From: Bacteroidota bacterium
Lineage (GTDB): Bacteria > Bacteroidota > Bacteroidia > Bacteroidales > GCA-2748055
NCBI GenBank assembly: GCA_030631845.1
Contig: DAOVKJ010000002.1
Location: forward strand, 1 to 55,405
DNA: 55,405 nt
Reading direction: 5' to 3'
Both the position numbers and the translations under genes were made by a program. Positions within the stretch are counted from its first letter, which is position 1; every line of letters begins with the position of its first letter. The notes under the pieces are model-generated. The model worked only from the letters and a program-made list of their open reading frames with translations, was not told where the DNA came from and searched no databases. Positions 35,187 through 47,619 of the stretch are shown piece by piece.

Positions 35187-37415
35187 ATGGCAACCCCCAT
35201 AAAAAAAACATTCGGTACTGCACCGGTCTACTTTACAGCCATAGCTACCATTCTGGGAGCCATTCTCTTCCTGAGGTTTGGTTTCGCTGTGGGTACCCTC
35301 GGATTCTGGGGGGTGATCGGGGTGATCCTGCTGGGCCATATGGTAACCATTCCCACTGCCCTGGCCATCTCCGAAATAGCTACTAACAAGAGGGTAGAGG
35401 GTGGCGGAGAGTACTTTATCATCTCCCGCTCCTTCGGACTCAATATCGGGGCCACCATCGGTTTTGCCCTCTTTATTTCACAGGCCATCAGTGTAGCTTT
35501 CTACATTATCGCCTTTACCGAGGCATTTGAATCGCTTTTTAACTGGTTCAACACACGCTTTGAGTTCATATTGCCCCGACAGGTCATCAGTGTCCCTGCC
35601 ATGATCGGGCTCTCGGCACTGATTTTGAAAAAAGGGGCCTCTGTGGGAATGAAAACACTCTATGTGGTGGTGGCCATTCTTGTTGTCTCACTTGTTCTTT
35701 TCTTCCTGGGAAGTACAGAGTATGCTGAGACACATACCTTCTCTTTTACAGCGGCGGCCACGGGTGAAAGGGGACAGTTTTTCATAGTATTTGCCATTAT
35801 CTTTCCTGCTTTTACAGGGATGACCGCGGGAGTCGGCTTGTCGGGCGATCTGAAGAAACCAGGTAAATCGATCCCGCTGGGAACCATCCTGGCCACCTTT
35901 ACTGGCATGATTGTCTATTTTTTTATTGTCTGGAAACTGGCCTCATCGGCAAGTCCTGAAGCACTCAGTGATCCGGCCAACCAGCTGGTGATGGGCGATA
36001 TTGCCATTGCGGGTGGGTTGATTATTCCTCTGGGACTGGCCGCCTCCACCTTCTCTTCTGCCATCGGTTCCATACTGGTGGCACCCAGGACTTTGCAGGC
36101 GCTGGCCGGAGACCGCTCCTTTCCTTCCAGAAAGGTCAATGCACTTTTGGAGAAGGGCAGAGGAGAGACCAATGAGCCTTTCAATGCCACACTTGTGACA
36201 GTGGCTATCGCCCTTGTATTTGTGATTATCGGGGATGTGAATACCGTGGCAGGAATTATCACCATGTTTTTTATGGTCACCTACGGATCGCTCTGCCTGA
36301 TCTCCTTTCTGCACCATTTTGGGTCGGCACCCTCCTACAGGCCATCGTTCCGTTCCAGGTGGTATCTTTCGTTAATAGGATTTGTGGCCTCCATTTGGGT
36401 GATGTTCAAGATCAATACACTGTTTGCCCTGGGTGCCTACCTGATCATGATGCTTCTCTACCTCTATATCAACAATTACCATAAGAACAGGAAAGGGCTG
36501 GTATCGATCTTCACCAACGCTCTTTTTCAGCTGAACAGGAACCTGCATGTATACGTTCAGCAGACCAGGAAATCCAGGAGCAAAGATGAGTGGCGCCCCA
36601 GTGCCATCTGTATATCCAGGGACTCTTTTAAACGCGACAGGGCCTTCCAGCTGTTGAACTGGATCAGTCACAAGTACGGATTTGGAACCTATATCCATCT
36701 TATTGAGGACTATTACTCCAAATCGAGCCGGCTGAAATCGGACAGTGAGTTGGAAAAACTGATCAAAGGCTTCAGTGGAAAGGGGACCCATGTCTATGTG
36801 GATACCATGATATCTCCCTCCTATACTTCGGCAGTGGCCCAGGCCATACAGCTACCGGGGATCTCGGGGATGGAGAACAATATGGTGATCTTTGAGTACG
36901 ACCGCGACAACCCCGACAGTCTGCAGGAGATCGTGGAGAATTTTGCCCTGGTCAATGCAGGCATGTTTGATGTATGTATCTTCGGGAGCTCCAAGCGATC
37001 CATCAACTTCAAAAATGACATCCATGTCTGGATCCGAAGCGACGACTATGAGAACTCACACCTGATGATCCTGCTCAGCTTTATTATCCAGGGGCACCCT
37101 GCCTGGCGGAAGAGCGAGATTAAGATCTTTGATGTCTGCAGCCGTGAGAACGAGCAGGAGACCAGGAAGAACCTGGAAGAGTTGGTGAAAACAGGGCGCC
37201 TGCCCATCACCTCCAAGAACATCCAGGTGCTTGTGGAACAGTCGGTTCCCGATCCCCGTATGCTGGTCCAGGAACACTCAGCTAATGCGGGCCTCTGTAT
37301 CATAGGGTTCCATGCCGGTGTCCTGAAAAAGCAGGGGGTTCGGACATTTGACAGGTTTGATGGGCTGGGCAATATCCTTTTTGTCAACTCCCACTCCCAG
37401 AAGGAGATCGGTTAA
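35187..37415 (+). CDS. APC-superfamily permease with an SLC12 (cation-chloride cotransporter)-like C-terminal cytoplasmic domain
   Basis: 742 aa, with about 12 TM helices followed by a soluble domain of about 290 aa. Confidence 0.75.
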   Translation: MATPIKKTFGTAPVYFTAIATILGAILFLRFGFAVGTLGFWGVIGVILLGHMVTIPTALAISEIATNKRVEGGGEYFIISRSFGLNIGATIGFALFISQAISVAFYIIAFTEAFESLFNWFNTRFEFILPRQVISVPAMIGLSALILKKGASVGMKTLYVVVAILVVSLVLFFLGSTEYAETHTFSFTAAATGERGQFFIVFAIIFPAFTGMTAGVGLSGDLKKPGKSIPLGTILATFTGMIVYFFIVWKLASSASPEALSDPANQLVMGDIAIAGGLIIPLGLAASTFSSAIGSILVAPRTLQALAGDRSFPSRKVNALLEKGRGETNEPFNATLVTVAIALVFVIIGDVNTVAGIITMFFMVTYGSLCLISFLHHFGSAPSYRPSFRSRWYLSLIGFVASIWVMFKINTLFALGAYLIMMLLYLYINNYHKNRKGLVSIFTNALFQLNRNLHVYVQQTRKSRSKDEWRPSAICISRDSFKRDRAFQLLNWISHKYGFGTYIHLIEDYYSKSSRLKSDSELEKLIKGFSGKGTHVYVDTMISPSYTSAVAQAIQLPGISGMENNMVIFEYDRDNPDSLQEIVENFALVNAGMFDVCIFGSSKRSINFKNDIHVWIRSDDYENSHLMILLSFIIQGHPAWRKSEIKIFDVCSRENEQETRKNLEELVKTGRLPITSKNIQVLVEQSVPDPRMLVQEHSANAGLCIIGFHAGVLKKQGVRTFDRFDGLGNILFVNSHSQKEIG

Positions 37416-37417
37416 CT

Positions 37418-39064
<1,647 letters not shown>

Positions 39065-39096
39065 CTATATTTCGAATTCTGACTAAACTATGAATC

Positions 39097-39984
39097 ATGG
39101 ACAAAGTTTCAACAATGTTTCTGGCTGCATCTCTGATAATCATCATGTTAGGAATGGGATTATCGCTGGTGGCAGACGATTTTAAAAGGATCATTATATA
39201 TCCTAAAGCCATCTTCGTGGGTCTTGTCAACCAGTTAATACTCCTGCCGCTTATCGGATTTGCCATCGCCATATCATTTCCTTTAACACCGGAGATTGCC
39301 ATTGGAATTATGATCCTGGCAGCCTGTCCGGGTGGGCCCACATCGAATCTGATCACCCACCTGGCAAAAGGTGATACAGCGCTCTCCGTCACCCTTACCG
39401 CATTGAGCAGTTTCATCACCATTTTGACCATTCCCTTTATCATAAATTTTGCACTGATCCATTTTCTGGATGAAGGACAGATGATCCAGCTGGATGTGGT
39501 GGAGACCATTACCCGGATCTTTGTTATTATTATTATCCCGATCATCATTGGGATGATGATCAGACGCTACCGGGAAAAATTTGCCCTGAGGATGGCCAAT
39601 CCTGTACGCAAGGCCTCCGGAATTGTCATAGCACTGGTAATCATAGGGATTCTTATCAAGGAGAGAGAGAATATTGTACCCTATTTTCAGCAGGCAGGAA
39701 TTGTAGCCCTGGTTTTAAATGTGGCCACCATGCTGGTAGGGTATTATTCGGCGAAATTATTCAAAATCAAGGATAAGAGGGCTATTTCAATATCCATCGA
39801 ATCGGGTATTCAGAATGGAACGCTGGCCATGTCGATTGCCATAGTTTTACTTGGAAGTACAGAACTTGCCATTACCCCGGCCATCTATAGCCTGTTGATG
39901 TTTTTTACCGGAGGTGTTGCGATCTATTTTGGAAACAGGAGGGATAAAGCAACCCTTGGAACCAAACAGGCCGTTGGTACATAA
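39097..39984 (+). CDS. bile acid:Na+ symporter (BASS/SBF) family transporter
   Basis: 295 aa. 'LAACPGGPTSN' and 'ESGIQNG' are BASS hallmarks. Confidence 0.88.
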   Translation: MDKVSTMFLAASLIIIMLGMGLSLVADDFKRIIIYPKAIFVGLVNQLILLPLIGFAIAISFPLTPEIAIGIMILAACPGGPTSNLITHLAKGDTALSVTLTALSSFITILTIPFIINFALIHFLDEGQMIQLDVVETITRIFVIIIIPIIIGMMIRRYREKFALRMANPVRKASGIVIALVIIGILIKERENIVPYFQQAGIVALVLNVATMLVGYYSAKLFKIKDKRAISISIESGIQNGTLAMSIAIVLLGSTELAITPAIYSLLMFFTGGVAIYFGNRRDKATLGTKQAVGT

Positions 39985-40195
39985 TTACAAACTTCTATAA
40001 GTCAGTCCGTAATAGCCAGCTAATTAATAGCCGGACCCACTGATCGGTACCATCTTCCTGGTGCCCCGGCATAGAGGGTGGATTCACTGTGGTTTTCATA
40101 GATAACAGTATATACAACCTTAAACCATTTTGTAAATGAATTGTTATCTCATAAATTATTATCTTAGTGTTCCTTCTAATCAATCAACTACCCCT

Positions 40196-41356
40196 ATGAA
40201 AAATCATGTGATAGTAATAACCTTTGTCCTGGGACTATTCACCTTTGTTTCGGGCTGCAAAGAGAAAAGTGCAGGAGTGCTGCCTCCTCCCAGTGTTCAG
40301 GTAGTACAGGTGATTCAACAGGAGATCCCTGTGATTGAAGAGTTTGTGGGACAAACCTATGGTCTGTTCGACATTGCCATACAGGCACGTGTGGATGGTT
40401 TCCTCGAAGGGATACATTTCGAGGAGGGAAGAAGGGTGAGGAAAGGTCAATTGCTCTACTCAATAGATCCTCAACCTTTCGAAGCAAAGGTGGCCGGATC
40501 CATGGGTCAGCTTGCAGAAGCGAACACCAGGCTGGTTAAAGCTGAAAGCGACCTGGTCAGGATCAAACCCCTTGCTGAGATCAATGCAGTAAGTCAGAGT
40601 GACCTGGATGCAGCTGTTGCCCAACGTGATGCGGCACGTGCTGCAGTTGAAGCTGCAGAAGCAGGGTTGGTATCATCAAAGATAGAGTTGGGATATACAA
40701 AAATCTATTCTCCCATTCATGGCGTCATTGGTAAAACGGAAGCTTATCCGGGAGACTATGTGGGAAAAGGTTTTGCGGATGTGGTCCTGAATGAGGTATC
40801 CAGGATCGATACGGTACTGGTTAATTTTCATATCCCGGAAGAGAAGTACCTGGAAATTGTCCGTCCATTCCTTGCCCAAACGGATTCAGCCAGGATTCAA
40901 CGCCAGCAGAATAAGCAGGGACTGACCATGATACTGGCGGATGGGACCGTTTATCCGCGGGAGGGGAAACTCGAATTTATAAACCGCCAGGTAAATGCAA
41001 CCACCGGAACTATTTTAGTGCAGGCATCTTTCCCCAATCCGAGCCTGATTCTCAGACCGGGACAATTTGCCAGGGTTAGGGCCGTCATAGACGTTATTTC
41101 CGAAGGGTTACTGATTCCCCAGAGATGTGTACAGGAGATGCAGGGTATTTATAATGTTTATGTGGTGAATGATCAGGATGAAGTAGAATTTCGCAAGATC
41201 GAAGTTGGATCCACATACCAGACAAGCTACCTGATTGTGACAGAAGGTCTCGCTCCAGGAGATCGGATTGTTTATGAAGGCCTGCAGAAGGTGAAAAGCG
41301 GGATAAAAGTAAATCCGGTGTTGAAGGATATTTCCAATTCAGAATCAGAAAATTAA
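40196..41356 (+). CDS. RND efflux periplasmic adaptor (membrane fusion protein), lipoprotein
   Basis: It has the lipobox 'LFTFVSGC' and HlyD/AcrA-like barrel-sandwich and hairpin motifs. I prefer the ATG at 40196. Confidence 0.9.
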   Translation: MKNHVIVITFVLGLFTFVSGCKEKSAGVLPPPSVQVVQVIQQEIPVIEEFVGQTYGLFDIAIQARVDGFLEGIHFEEGRRVRKGQLLYSIDPQPFEAKVAGSMGQLAEANTRLVKAESDLVRIKPLAEINAVSQSDLDAAVAQRDAARAAVEAAEAGLVSSKIELGYTKIYSPIHGVIGKTEAYPGDYVGKGFADVVLNEVSRIDTVLVNFHIPEEKYLEIVRPFLAQTDSARIQRQQNKQGLTMILADGTVYPREGKLEFINRQVNATTGTILVQASFPNPSLILRPGQFARVRAVIDVISEGLLIPQRCVQEMQGIYNVYVVNDQDEVEFRKIEVGSTYQTSYLIVTEGLAPGDRIVYEGLQKVKSGIKVNPVLKDISNSESEN

Positions 41357-41362
41357 GATAGC

Positions 41363-44300
41363 ATGGGTAATTTTTTCGTCAGACGACCAATCGTGGCGAT
41401 GGTCATAGCCATTGTCATTTTAATCATCGGCACCCTCTCTTTGCTTACTCTCCCCATGGAGCAGTATCCCGATATCACTCCTCCAATGGTGGAGGTTCGT
41501 GCAAATTATACCGGTGCCAATGCACTGAATGTGGAGCAATCGGTGGCCACACCCCTGGAACAACAGATTAACGGGGTGGACAATATGATCTATATGAAGT
41601 CGATCAATGCCAACGACGGATCGATGAACATCCAGATCACCTTCGAGGTGGGTACAGATCCCGACATGAATACTGTCTTTGCCCAGAACCGTGTCTCATC
41701 AGCCACGCCCAAACTTCCCGAAGAGGTGAAGCGAATCGGGGTTAATACCCAGAAGACCATGAGCAGCATGATCATGGCCATCTCTCTCTATTCTGATGGA
41801 AGGTATGACCAGGATTTTCTGGGCAACTATGCGCTGATCAACATCTCAGACATCCTTGCCCGGATAAAAGGGGTAGGGCGTGTGAATGTTCTCGGAGCAA
41901 GTGATTACTCCATGCGCATCTGGGTGAAACCAGACCGCCTGGCTCATCTGGGTATTACTGTTCCTGAAATCATAAATGCCATCAGGCAGCAGAATGTGAT
42001 CGTACCAGGAGGTAAATTCGGAGCTGAACCCGCTCCTCCGGGTACCGATTTTACCTACAATGTGCGGATGCCCGAACGGCTTGTTTCGGAAGAGGAGTTT
42101 GGTGCCATTGTGATCAGAACCACCAGCGATGGATCACAGGTCAGGGTCAGGGATGTGGCCTCTGTTGAACTGGGTGTTGAATCATATAATGTTGTAACCC
42201 GCTTTGCGAAACAGGATTGTGCGCTTATTACCCTTTACCAGGCACCCGGAACCAATGCGGTGGATCTTGCCAGTCAGGTGATCGGGGCCATGGAAGAGAT
42301 GAAGGGCTCATTTCCGGAGGGTGTATCTTACGACGTTGGACTTGATGCCACATTGCCGATTACCGCAGGAATCAAGGAGATTGTGATCACGCTGCTGATA
42401 GCGCTTTCACTGGTGATCCTGGTTGTTTTTATTTTTATCCAGGATATCAGGGCTACACTCATCCCTACCATCGCCATCCCCGTTTCATTGATTGGGGCAT
42501 TTGCCATTTTCCCCCTGCTTGGATTTACCATCAATGTGCTGTCGCTTCTTGGATTGGTGCTTGCCATCGGGATTGTAGTGGATGATGCCATTGTGGTGGT
42601 GGAGGCGGTGCAGGTAAACCTCCAGAAGGGAATGAATTCCCGCGAAGCCACCATTCATGCCATGAAAGAGGTGACTGCACCTGTGATTGCAACTACACTG
42701 GTTCTGGTGGCTGTGTTTATCCCGGTGGCCTCCATGGGGGGGATTACCGGCAGATTGTATCAGCAATTCGCCATCACGGTAGCGGTTTCGGTGGTCTTCT
42801 CTTCGCTCAATGCCCTCACCCTTAGCCCGGCATTGTGCTCCCTTCTTCTCAGGAAACCAAAACCTATGAAAGGACCTCTGGGCTGGTTCTTTAAGAAATT
42901 CAATGATGGATTCGACCGGACATCGGTTGGATATATGAAATGGACCAACATCCTTACAAGGAAGCTAAAACGCGGTGTTGTATTTATTGTGATTCTGTCA
43001 GCCTCAATTGTAGTCATCTCAAAGTTCGTTCCGGGGGGATTTGTTCCGGAGGAGGATCAGGGATATATCTATGTGAATATGCAACTCCCCAATGCATCCT
43101 CTCTTCAGCGATCTGATGCGGTCATGGCAAAGATTGAGACCATACTTGACCAGTTTGAAGAGGTGAAATATGTAACTGCAGTAGCAGGTTTCAACCTGCT
43201 TTCAGGAAGTATGTCCACCAACTCAGGAGTGGTGTTTATTACCCTTACCGACTGGAAAGAGAGAGAGATTACTGCACTTGACCTTGCCAAGAAACTGAAT
43301 GCCGCATTTTATATGAATATTCCGGATGCACAGGTATTTGCCTTTGGTCCACCGGCCATACCGGGACTGGGAACAGGTGCAGGTTTCACTATGATGTTGC
43401 AGGACAAAGGGGGCAATACCGTAGATTATCTGGCCGAACAGACCATGAAGTTTATTGCGGCAGCGCAACAGCGTCCAGAAATTGGAAACGTTTTCACCAC
43501 ATTCCAGGCCAATACACCCCAGAGATCTGTAGAGATAAACCGGGATAAGGTGCTGAAAACGGGTGTCTCACTGGATGACCTGTATACCACCATTAGTGCG
43601 TTTCTTGGGGGAGCTTATGTAAATGATTTCAACCGTTTTGGACGTCTTTATAAGGCCTATGTACAGGCCGAACCTGAATACAGGCAGGATGAGCGGCAAC
43701 TCTCCCTCTTTTTCGTTAAGAATAGCCAGGGAGAAGACATCCCCCTCTCTTCACTGGTTTCCGTAAGCAAAATTTCGGGCCCCGAGTATACATACAGGTA
43801 TAACCTCTACAGGGCCGTGGAGGTCTCAGGTACACCGGCTTCCGGTTACTCTTCCACCCAGGCTCTGGATGCGCTGGAGGAGGTGGCTGCCGAGGTATTG
43901 CCCTTCGATATGGGGTATGAATGGAGCAATATGTCGTATCAGGAGAAGGCGGCATCCGGATCGGGTAATTCGGTATTCCTCTTTGCACTGATCTTTGTGT
44001 TCCTGATCCTGGCTGCCCAGTATGAGAGCTGGTCGCTGCCGTTCAGTATCCTGCTTGGAACGCCCTTTGCAGTCTTTGGGGCCATGTTGTTCCTGATGGT
44101 GGCCCGTTTTTTTAGTGAGAGTTTCGAAAACAATGTCTTTACACAGATCTCGCTGGTAATGCTGATTGCCATGGCTGCTAAAAATGCGATCTTAATCGTT
44201 GAATTTGCAAAATTGAAGTTTGATGAGGGAATGAGCCTGGTTGAGGCAGCCAGAGAATCTGCGAAGATTAGATTCAGGCCGATCCTGATGACCGCTTTCT

Positions 44301-44509
44301 CTTTTATTCTTGGCATTTTCCCGCTTGTGTTGGCCAGCGGGGCAGGTGCCGAGGCACGCAAAGTGATGGGCATGGCCCTGTTAGGGGGCATGACCATTGC
44401 CACCCTTTTGGGTGTGTTCTTTTATCCCATGCTGTTTGTTCTGATTGGAAAACTTGGCAAGTATGAACAGAAGAGAGATGCAAAAAAATTGCAGCAAACC
44501 AACAATTAA
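41363..44509 (+). CDS. RND multidrug efflux pump, inner-membrane permease (AcrB/HAE1-like)
   Basis: 1048 aa, starting 'FFVRRPIVAMVIAIVI' with an AcrB-like layout of 12 TM helices and two large loops. Confidence 0.96.
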   Translation: MGNFFVRRPIVAMVIAIVILIIGTLSLLTLPMEQYPDITPPMVEVRANYTGANALNVEQSVATPLEQQINGVDNMIYMKSINANDGSMNIQITFEVGTDPDMNTVFAQNRVSSATPKLPEEVKRIGVNTQKTMSSMIMAISLYSDGRYDQDFLGNYALINISDILARIKGVGRVNVLGASDYSMRIWVKPDRLAHLGITVPEIINAIRQQNVIVPGGKFGAEPAPPGTDFTYNVRMPERLVSEEEFGAIVIRTTSDGSQVRVRDVASVELGVESYNVVTRFAKQDCALITLYQAPGTNAVDLASQVIGAMEEMKGSFPEGVSYDVGLDATLPITAGIKEIVITLLIALSLVILVVFIFIQDIRATLIPTIAIPVSLIGAFAIFPLLGFTINVLSLLGLVLAIGIVVDDAIVVVEAVQVNLQKGMNSREATIHAMKEVTAPVIATTLVLVAVFIPVASMGGITGRLYQQFAITVAVSVVFSSLNALTLSPALCSLLLRKPKPMKGPLGWFFKKFNDGFDRTSVGYMKWTNILTRKLKRGVVFIVILSASIVVISKFVPGGFVPEEDQGYIYVNMQLPNASSLQRSDAVMAKIETILDQFEEVKYVTAVAGFNLLSGSMSTNSGVVFITLTDWKEREITALDLAKKLNAAFYMNIPDAQVFAFGPPAIPGLGTGAGFTMMLQDKGGNTVDYLAEQTMKFIAAAQQRPEIGNVFTTFQANTPQRSVEINRDKVLKTGVSLDDLYTTISAFLGGAYVNDFNRFGRLYKAYVQAEPEYRQDERQLSLFFVKNSQGEDIPLSSLVSVSKISGPEYTYRYNLYRAVEVSGTPASGYSSTQALDALEEVAAEVLPFDMGYEWSNMSYQEKAASGSGNSVFLFALIFVFLILAAQYESWSLPFSILLGTPFAVFGAMLFLMVARFFSESFENNVFTQISLVMLIAMAAKNAILIVEFAKLKFDEGMSLVEAARESAKIRFRPILMTAFSFILGIFPLVLASGAGAEARKVMGMALLGGMTIATLLGVFFYPMLFVLIGKLGKYEQKRDAKKLQQTNN

Positions 44510-44528
44510 TCCAATAATAATTTTGCAT

Positions 44529-45926
44529 ATGAAGATCTTGAAGGTATTACCCATATCACTTTTCCTGGCCCTTGCAGTAACATCTTGCATGGTTGGACCG
44601 AAGCTTGAGAAGCCTGTTGTTCCTGTTGAGGAGCAGTTCAGGTTCGACAGCATAGCCGGTGACACCATGATCAACCTGACCTGGTGGGAGCTGTTCAGTG
44701 ACCCTGAACTGGACACCATGATATACCTGGCCCTGGAGCACAACCAGGATATTTTAATAGCCATGTCCAGGATTGAACAGGCTTATGCGGTACTGGGTGT
44801 TTCCAAGGCTGATCTCTATCCGCAGTTTGGCTATGATATTTCGGGAACCTATGGGAAACCCAGCCCTGCCGGTACAGGATCAGATGCAGGTGGAGTGGTT
44901 AATATAACTCCCAATGTTTACTGGGAGCTGGATTTCTGGGGTAAGGTGAGGCGCTCGAACCAGGCAGCCCGGGCCGAAATTGCTGCTTCCGAGGAGGCGC
45001 TGCACATGGTACAGATTGGAATTATAACAGCAGTTGCAGATGGATACTTTCAGCTGCTTGACTATGATCAGCGCCTGGCTATAGCACAGCATACCTGGGA
45101 AACCAGGAAGGAGTCCCTCTGGATCATTGAACAGCGCTTCGAGAAAGGTACGGTTCCTGAAATCGATCTGAACCAGGCCCAGCAACAGGAGGCCATTGCC
45201 GCCACTGCCATTCCCACTTATGAGCGGGGAGTGGCACGAACCGAGAACTATCTGAGTATACTTCTGGGTCAGAATCCCAGGAACATGGAACGCGGATTAC
45301 TGGATGAGCAGGTGACCCCCCCGGATATACCCATCGGGATTCCGTCTGAGCTTCTTGAAAGAAGACCTGATCTTATCAAAGCCGAGCAAGAGTTTTACGC
45401 AGAGACGGCCCGAATTGGAATGACCCAGGCCATGCGTTTTCCTTCCTTCAGTATTACAGGTGCCTTTGGACTGGCCAGCAGTGACCTTTCTTCACTGCTT
45501 AGCAGTGATGCTCTTATGTACAGTGTGGGCGGAAGCATTCTGGGTCCCATATTCAATTGGGGCAAGAACAAGCGAAGGGTGGATATTCAGAAGGAGACAG
45601 CAAGTCAGGCCCTATACAGGTATGAACAAGCGGTATTAAATGCTTTCAGAGAGGTGGATGATGCCCTGATTGATGTGGATACCTATGGCCGGGAAGTGGA
45701 ATCCAGGGAACGGCAAACACTGGCTGCCACCAATGCAGCCATGCTTTCCAGGGCACGCTACGATGGTGGTCAGACAGGCTATCTGGAGGTCCTGGATACG
45801 GAGCGATCACTGTTTAGTGCAGAACTTGAAACGGCTGCCTCTAAAGGTGCTTTGCTTTCATCCTATCTCTTTCTCTATAAGGCTCTGGGAGGAGGTTGGA
45901 TCACTCCCGCAGAGGAGACTCCCTGA
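44529..45926 (+). CDS. efflux outer-membrane factor lipoprotein (NodT/TolC family)
   Basis: It has the lipobox 'LALAVTSC' and two TolC repeats. I prefer the ATG at 44529. Confidence 0.9.
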   Translation: MKILKVLPISLFLALAVTSCMVGPKLEKPVVPVEEQFRFDSIAGDTMINLTWWELFSDPELDTMIYLALEHNQDILIAMSRIEQAYAVLGVSKADLYPQFGYDISGTYGKPSPAGTGSDAGGVVNITPNVYWELDFWGKVRRSNQAARAEIAASEEALHMVQIGIITAVADGYFQLLDYDQRLAIAQHTWETRKESLWIIEQRFEKGTVPEIDLNQAQQQEAIAATAIPTYERGVARTENYLSILLGQNPRNMERGLLDEQVTPPDIPIGIPSELLERRPDLIKAEQEFYAETARIGMTQAMRFPSFSITGAFGLASSDLSSLLSSDALMYSVGGSILGPIFNWGKNKRRVDIQKETASQALYRYEQAVLNAFREVDDALIDVDTYGREVESRERQTLAATNAAMLSRARYDGGQTGYLEVLDTERSLFSAELETAASKGALLSSYLFLYKALGGGWITPAEETP

Positions 45927-46112
45927 TGATACCTCTTTTTTTTGTGCACTTTTTCTGATTTCAGTTGCTGATCCCAGCAAATATATGATCACCTTAATAT
46001 TGGTGCTGTTTGCTCTAAACGGAATAGCCAGGGACATTTACGTAACTCCGGGAGGAGAGGGAAGGGCAAATGTTCCCAGCCAGTGCCCGCCTTCATAACT
46101 GTCTCCCTCTTT

Positions 46113-47024
46113 TCATAGGTTCGGTTTATCTTGTACCAACTCCAGGATCGTGGTCAGGCTCCTCTCCAGGTACTCCCTGTAACTCTCCAGAAAACTGTAT
46201 TGACCGATGGAGATGAGTGGTTTATTCTTTCCATGGAAGTCGCTTCCACAGGTCATCAATGCACCTCTCTTACTTGTTGCACCGGCAAAATATGCCACCT
46301 GCTTGTTGCTGTGATAGTTATTGAAAACCTCTATACCTGCACTCCCCAGATCCATCAGGTCATTCACCACCTCCTCACGTCCCTCCAGATTGAGTCCGGG
46401 ATGTGCAACAATGGGGATGCCGCCATTGTTTCGCACCAGAGCAACAGCATCCTTGAAATCGAGGTGATCGATCTTTACATAGGCTGGTTTTCCCTGCGCA
46501 AAAAAATCCAGGTAGAAGTTGATCAGGGGCATATCACTTCGCTTTCCGCCTGGCAGATATGGTTTTAATCTGGGGTTTGAATGCTGGTCGGGGTGCTCAA
46601 GCAGTAGTTCGGCAAACAGCTCTCCGGTGGGAGGTTCCCCACCTGATCTGTTCATCAGTTCGTCCGGATCAATGCCAATACCCAGTCGCTCCAGGTTACT
46701 GATCATCTGCGGAACAGCATCCATGTACTTTTTCCGAACGCTTTTCTCCAGCGCATCAAAATCGCCACCTCTCAAATCGACCTGGTATCCCAGAAGATGG
46801 AGATCTGTTCCCATGTAGTTGCAGTCGATCTCAATGCCGGGAATAAAATCAATTCCATGATCTTCAGCTGTTAACCGGGCAGCTTCCCGGGTACCACGCA
46901 CACAATTATGATCGGTTATGGAGATAGTGTCGACCCCGCTTTCATGACACTTCTTCAATATCTCGGGGATGCCCAGTTCACCATCGTTACTGTACAGGGA
47001 GTGAATATGGAGATCAGCCTTCAT
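46113..47024 (-). CDS. PHP-domain metal-dependent phosphoesterase
   Basis: 'MKADLHIHSLYS...ISITDHN' together with later His/Asp motifs ('VAHPG', 'GSDFHG'). Confidence 0.85.
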   Translation of the reverse strand: MKADLHIHSLYSNDGELGIPEILKKCHESGVDTISITDHNCVRGTREAARLTAEDHGIDFIPGIEIDCNYMGTDLHLLGYQVDLRGGDFDALEKSVRKKYMDAVPQMISNLERLGIGIDPDELMNRSGGEPPTGELFAELLLEHPDQHSNPRLKPYLPGGKRSDMPLINFYLDFFAQGKPAYVKIDHLDFKDAVALVRNNGGIPIVAHPGLNLEGREEVVNDLMDLGSAGIEVFNNYHSNKQVAYFAGATSKRGALMTCGSDFHGKNKPLISIGQYSFLESYREYLERSLTTILELVQDKPNL

Positions 47025-47619
47025 CGAATCTTAGTTTTTTGAAGTAGTAATTCCTGTCCTCATCTGTGATCTCTCTCAATACCTGGCATGGATTTCCCAT
47101 GGCGATTACCCCGGAGGGGATATCCTTGGTAACCACGCTGCCGGAACCAATCACCACATTGTCGCCGATGGTCACGCCCGGATTAATCACCACATGACCG
47201 CCGATCCATACGCTATTCCCAATTTTCACCGGGAATGCAAACTCATAATCCTGGTTTCTCAGATCGGGATGAACGGGGTGCCCTGCAGTGTATATGCCCA
47301 CATCGGGACCAATCAGGGCATTTTTTCCAATGATTACCTCAGCACAATCCAGGATCACCAGGTTAAAGTTGGCATAAAAATTCTCCCCTATGTGGATATT
47401 GTAGCCGTAATCGCATCTGAAGGGTGCTTCAATTACAAACTGCTCCCCGGTTGTTCCAAGAAGCTCCCTTAGGATTTTCTGCTCTTCTGTTGCTTCACCC
47501 GGTGCCAGATGGTTGTATTGATGAGTTAACTTCCTGGCCCTGAGACGTTCATCCTTAAGCTCATCTCCAAAAGCTTTATAGGGCTTACCCAATAACATTT
47601 TCTCCTTTTCACTTTTCAT
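47014..47619 (-). CDS. maa: maltose/galactoside O-acetyltransferase (hexapeptide-repeat)
   Basis: 201 aa with the Maa N-terminal domain 'KEKMLLGKPYKA' and LbH repeats 'VWIGGHVVINPGVTIGDNVVIGSGSVV'. Confidence 0.85.
   Translation of the reverse strand: MKSEKEKMLLGKPYKAFGDELKDERLRARKLTHQYNHLAPGEATEEQKILRELLGTTGEQFVIEAPFRCDYGYNIHIGENFYANFNLVILDCAEVIIGKNALIGPDVGIYTAGHPVHPDLRNQDYEFAFPVKIGNSVWIGGHVVINPGVTIGDNVVIGSGSVVTKDIPSGVIAMGNPCQVLREITDEDRNYYFKKLRFDEG

Noticed and set aside
39995-40183. 62-aa minus-strand ORF in the spacer between the BASS transporter and the RND adaptor
   Set aside because: It has no motif, no plausible promoter or partner gene, and it overlaps the likely promoter region of the efflux operon. 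I treated the region as non-coding.
45911-45943. Terminator after the efflux OMF gene (T8 run at 45936-45943)
   Set aside because: The only stem preceding the T-run is 5 bp with a 16-nt loop, which is too weak to call.
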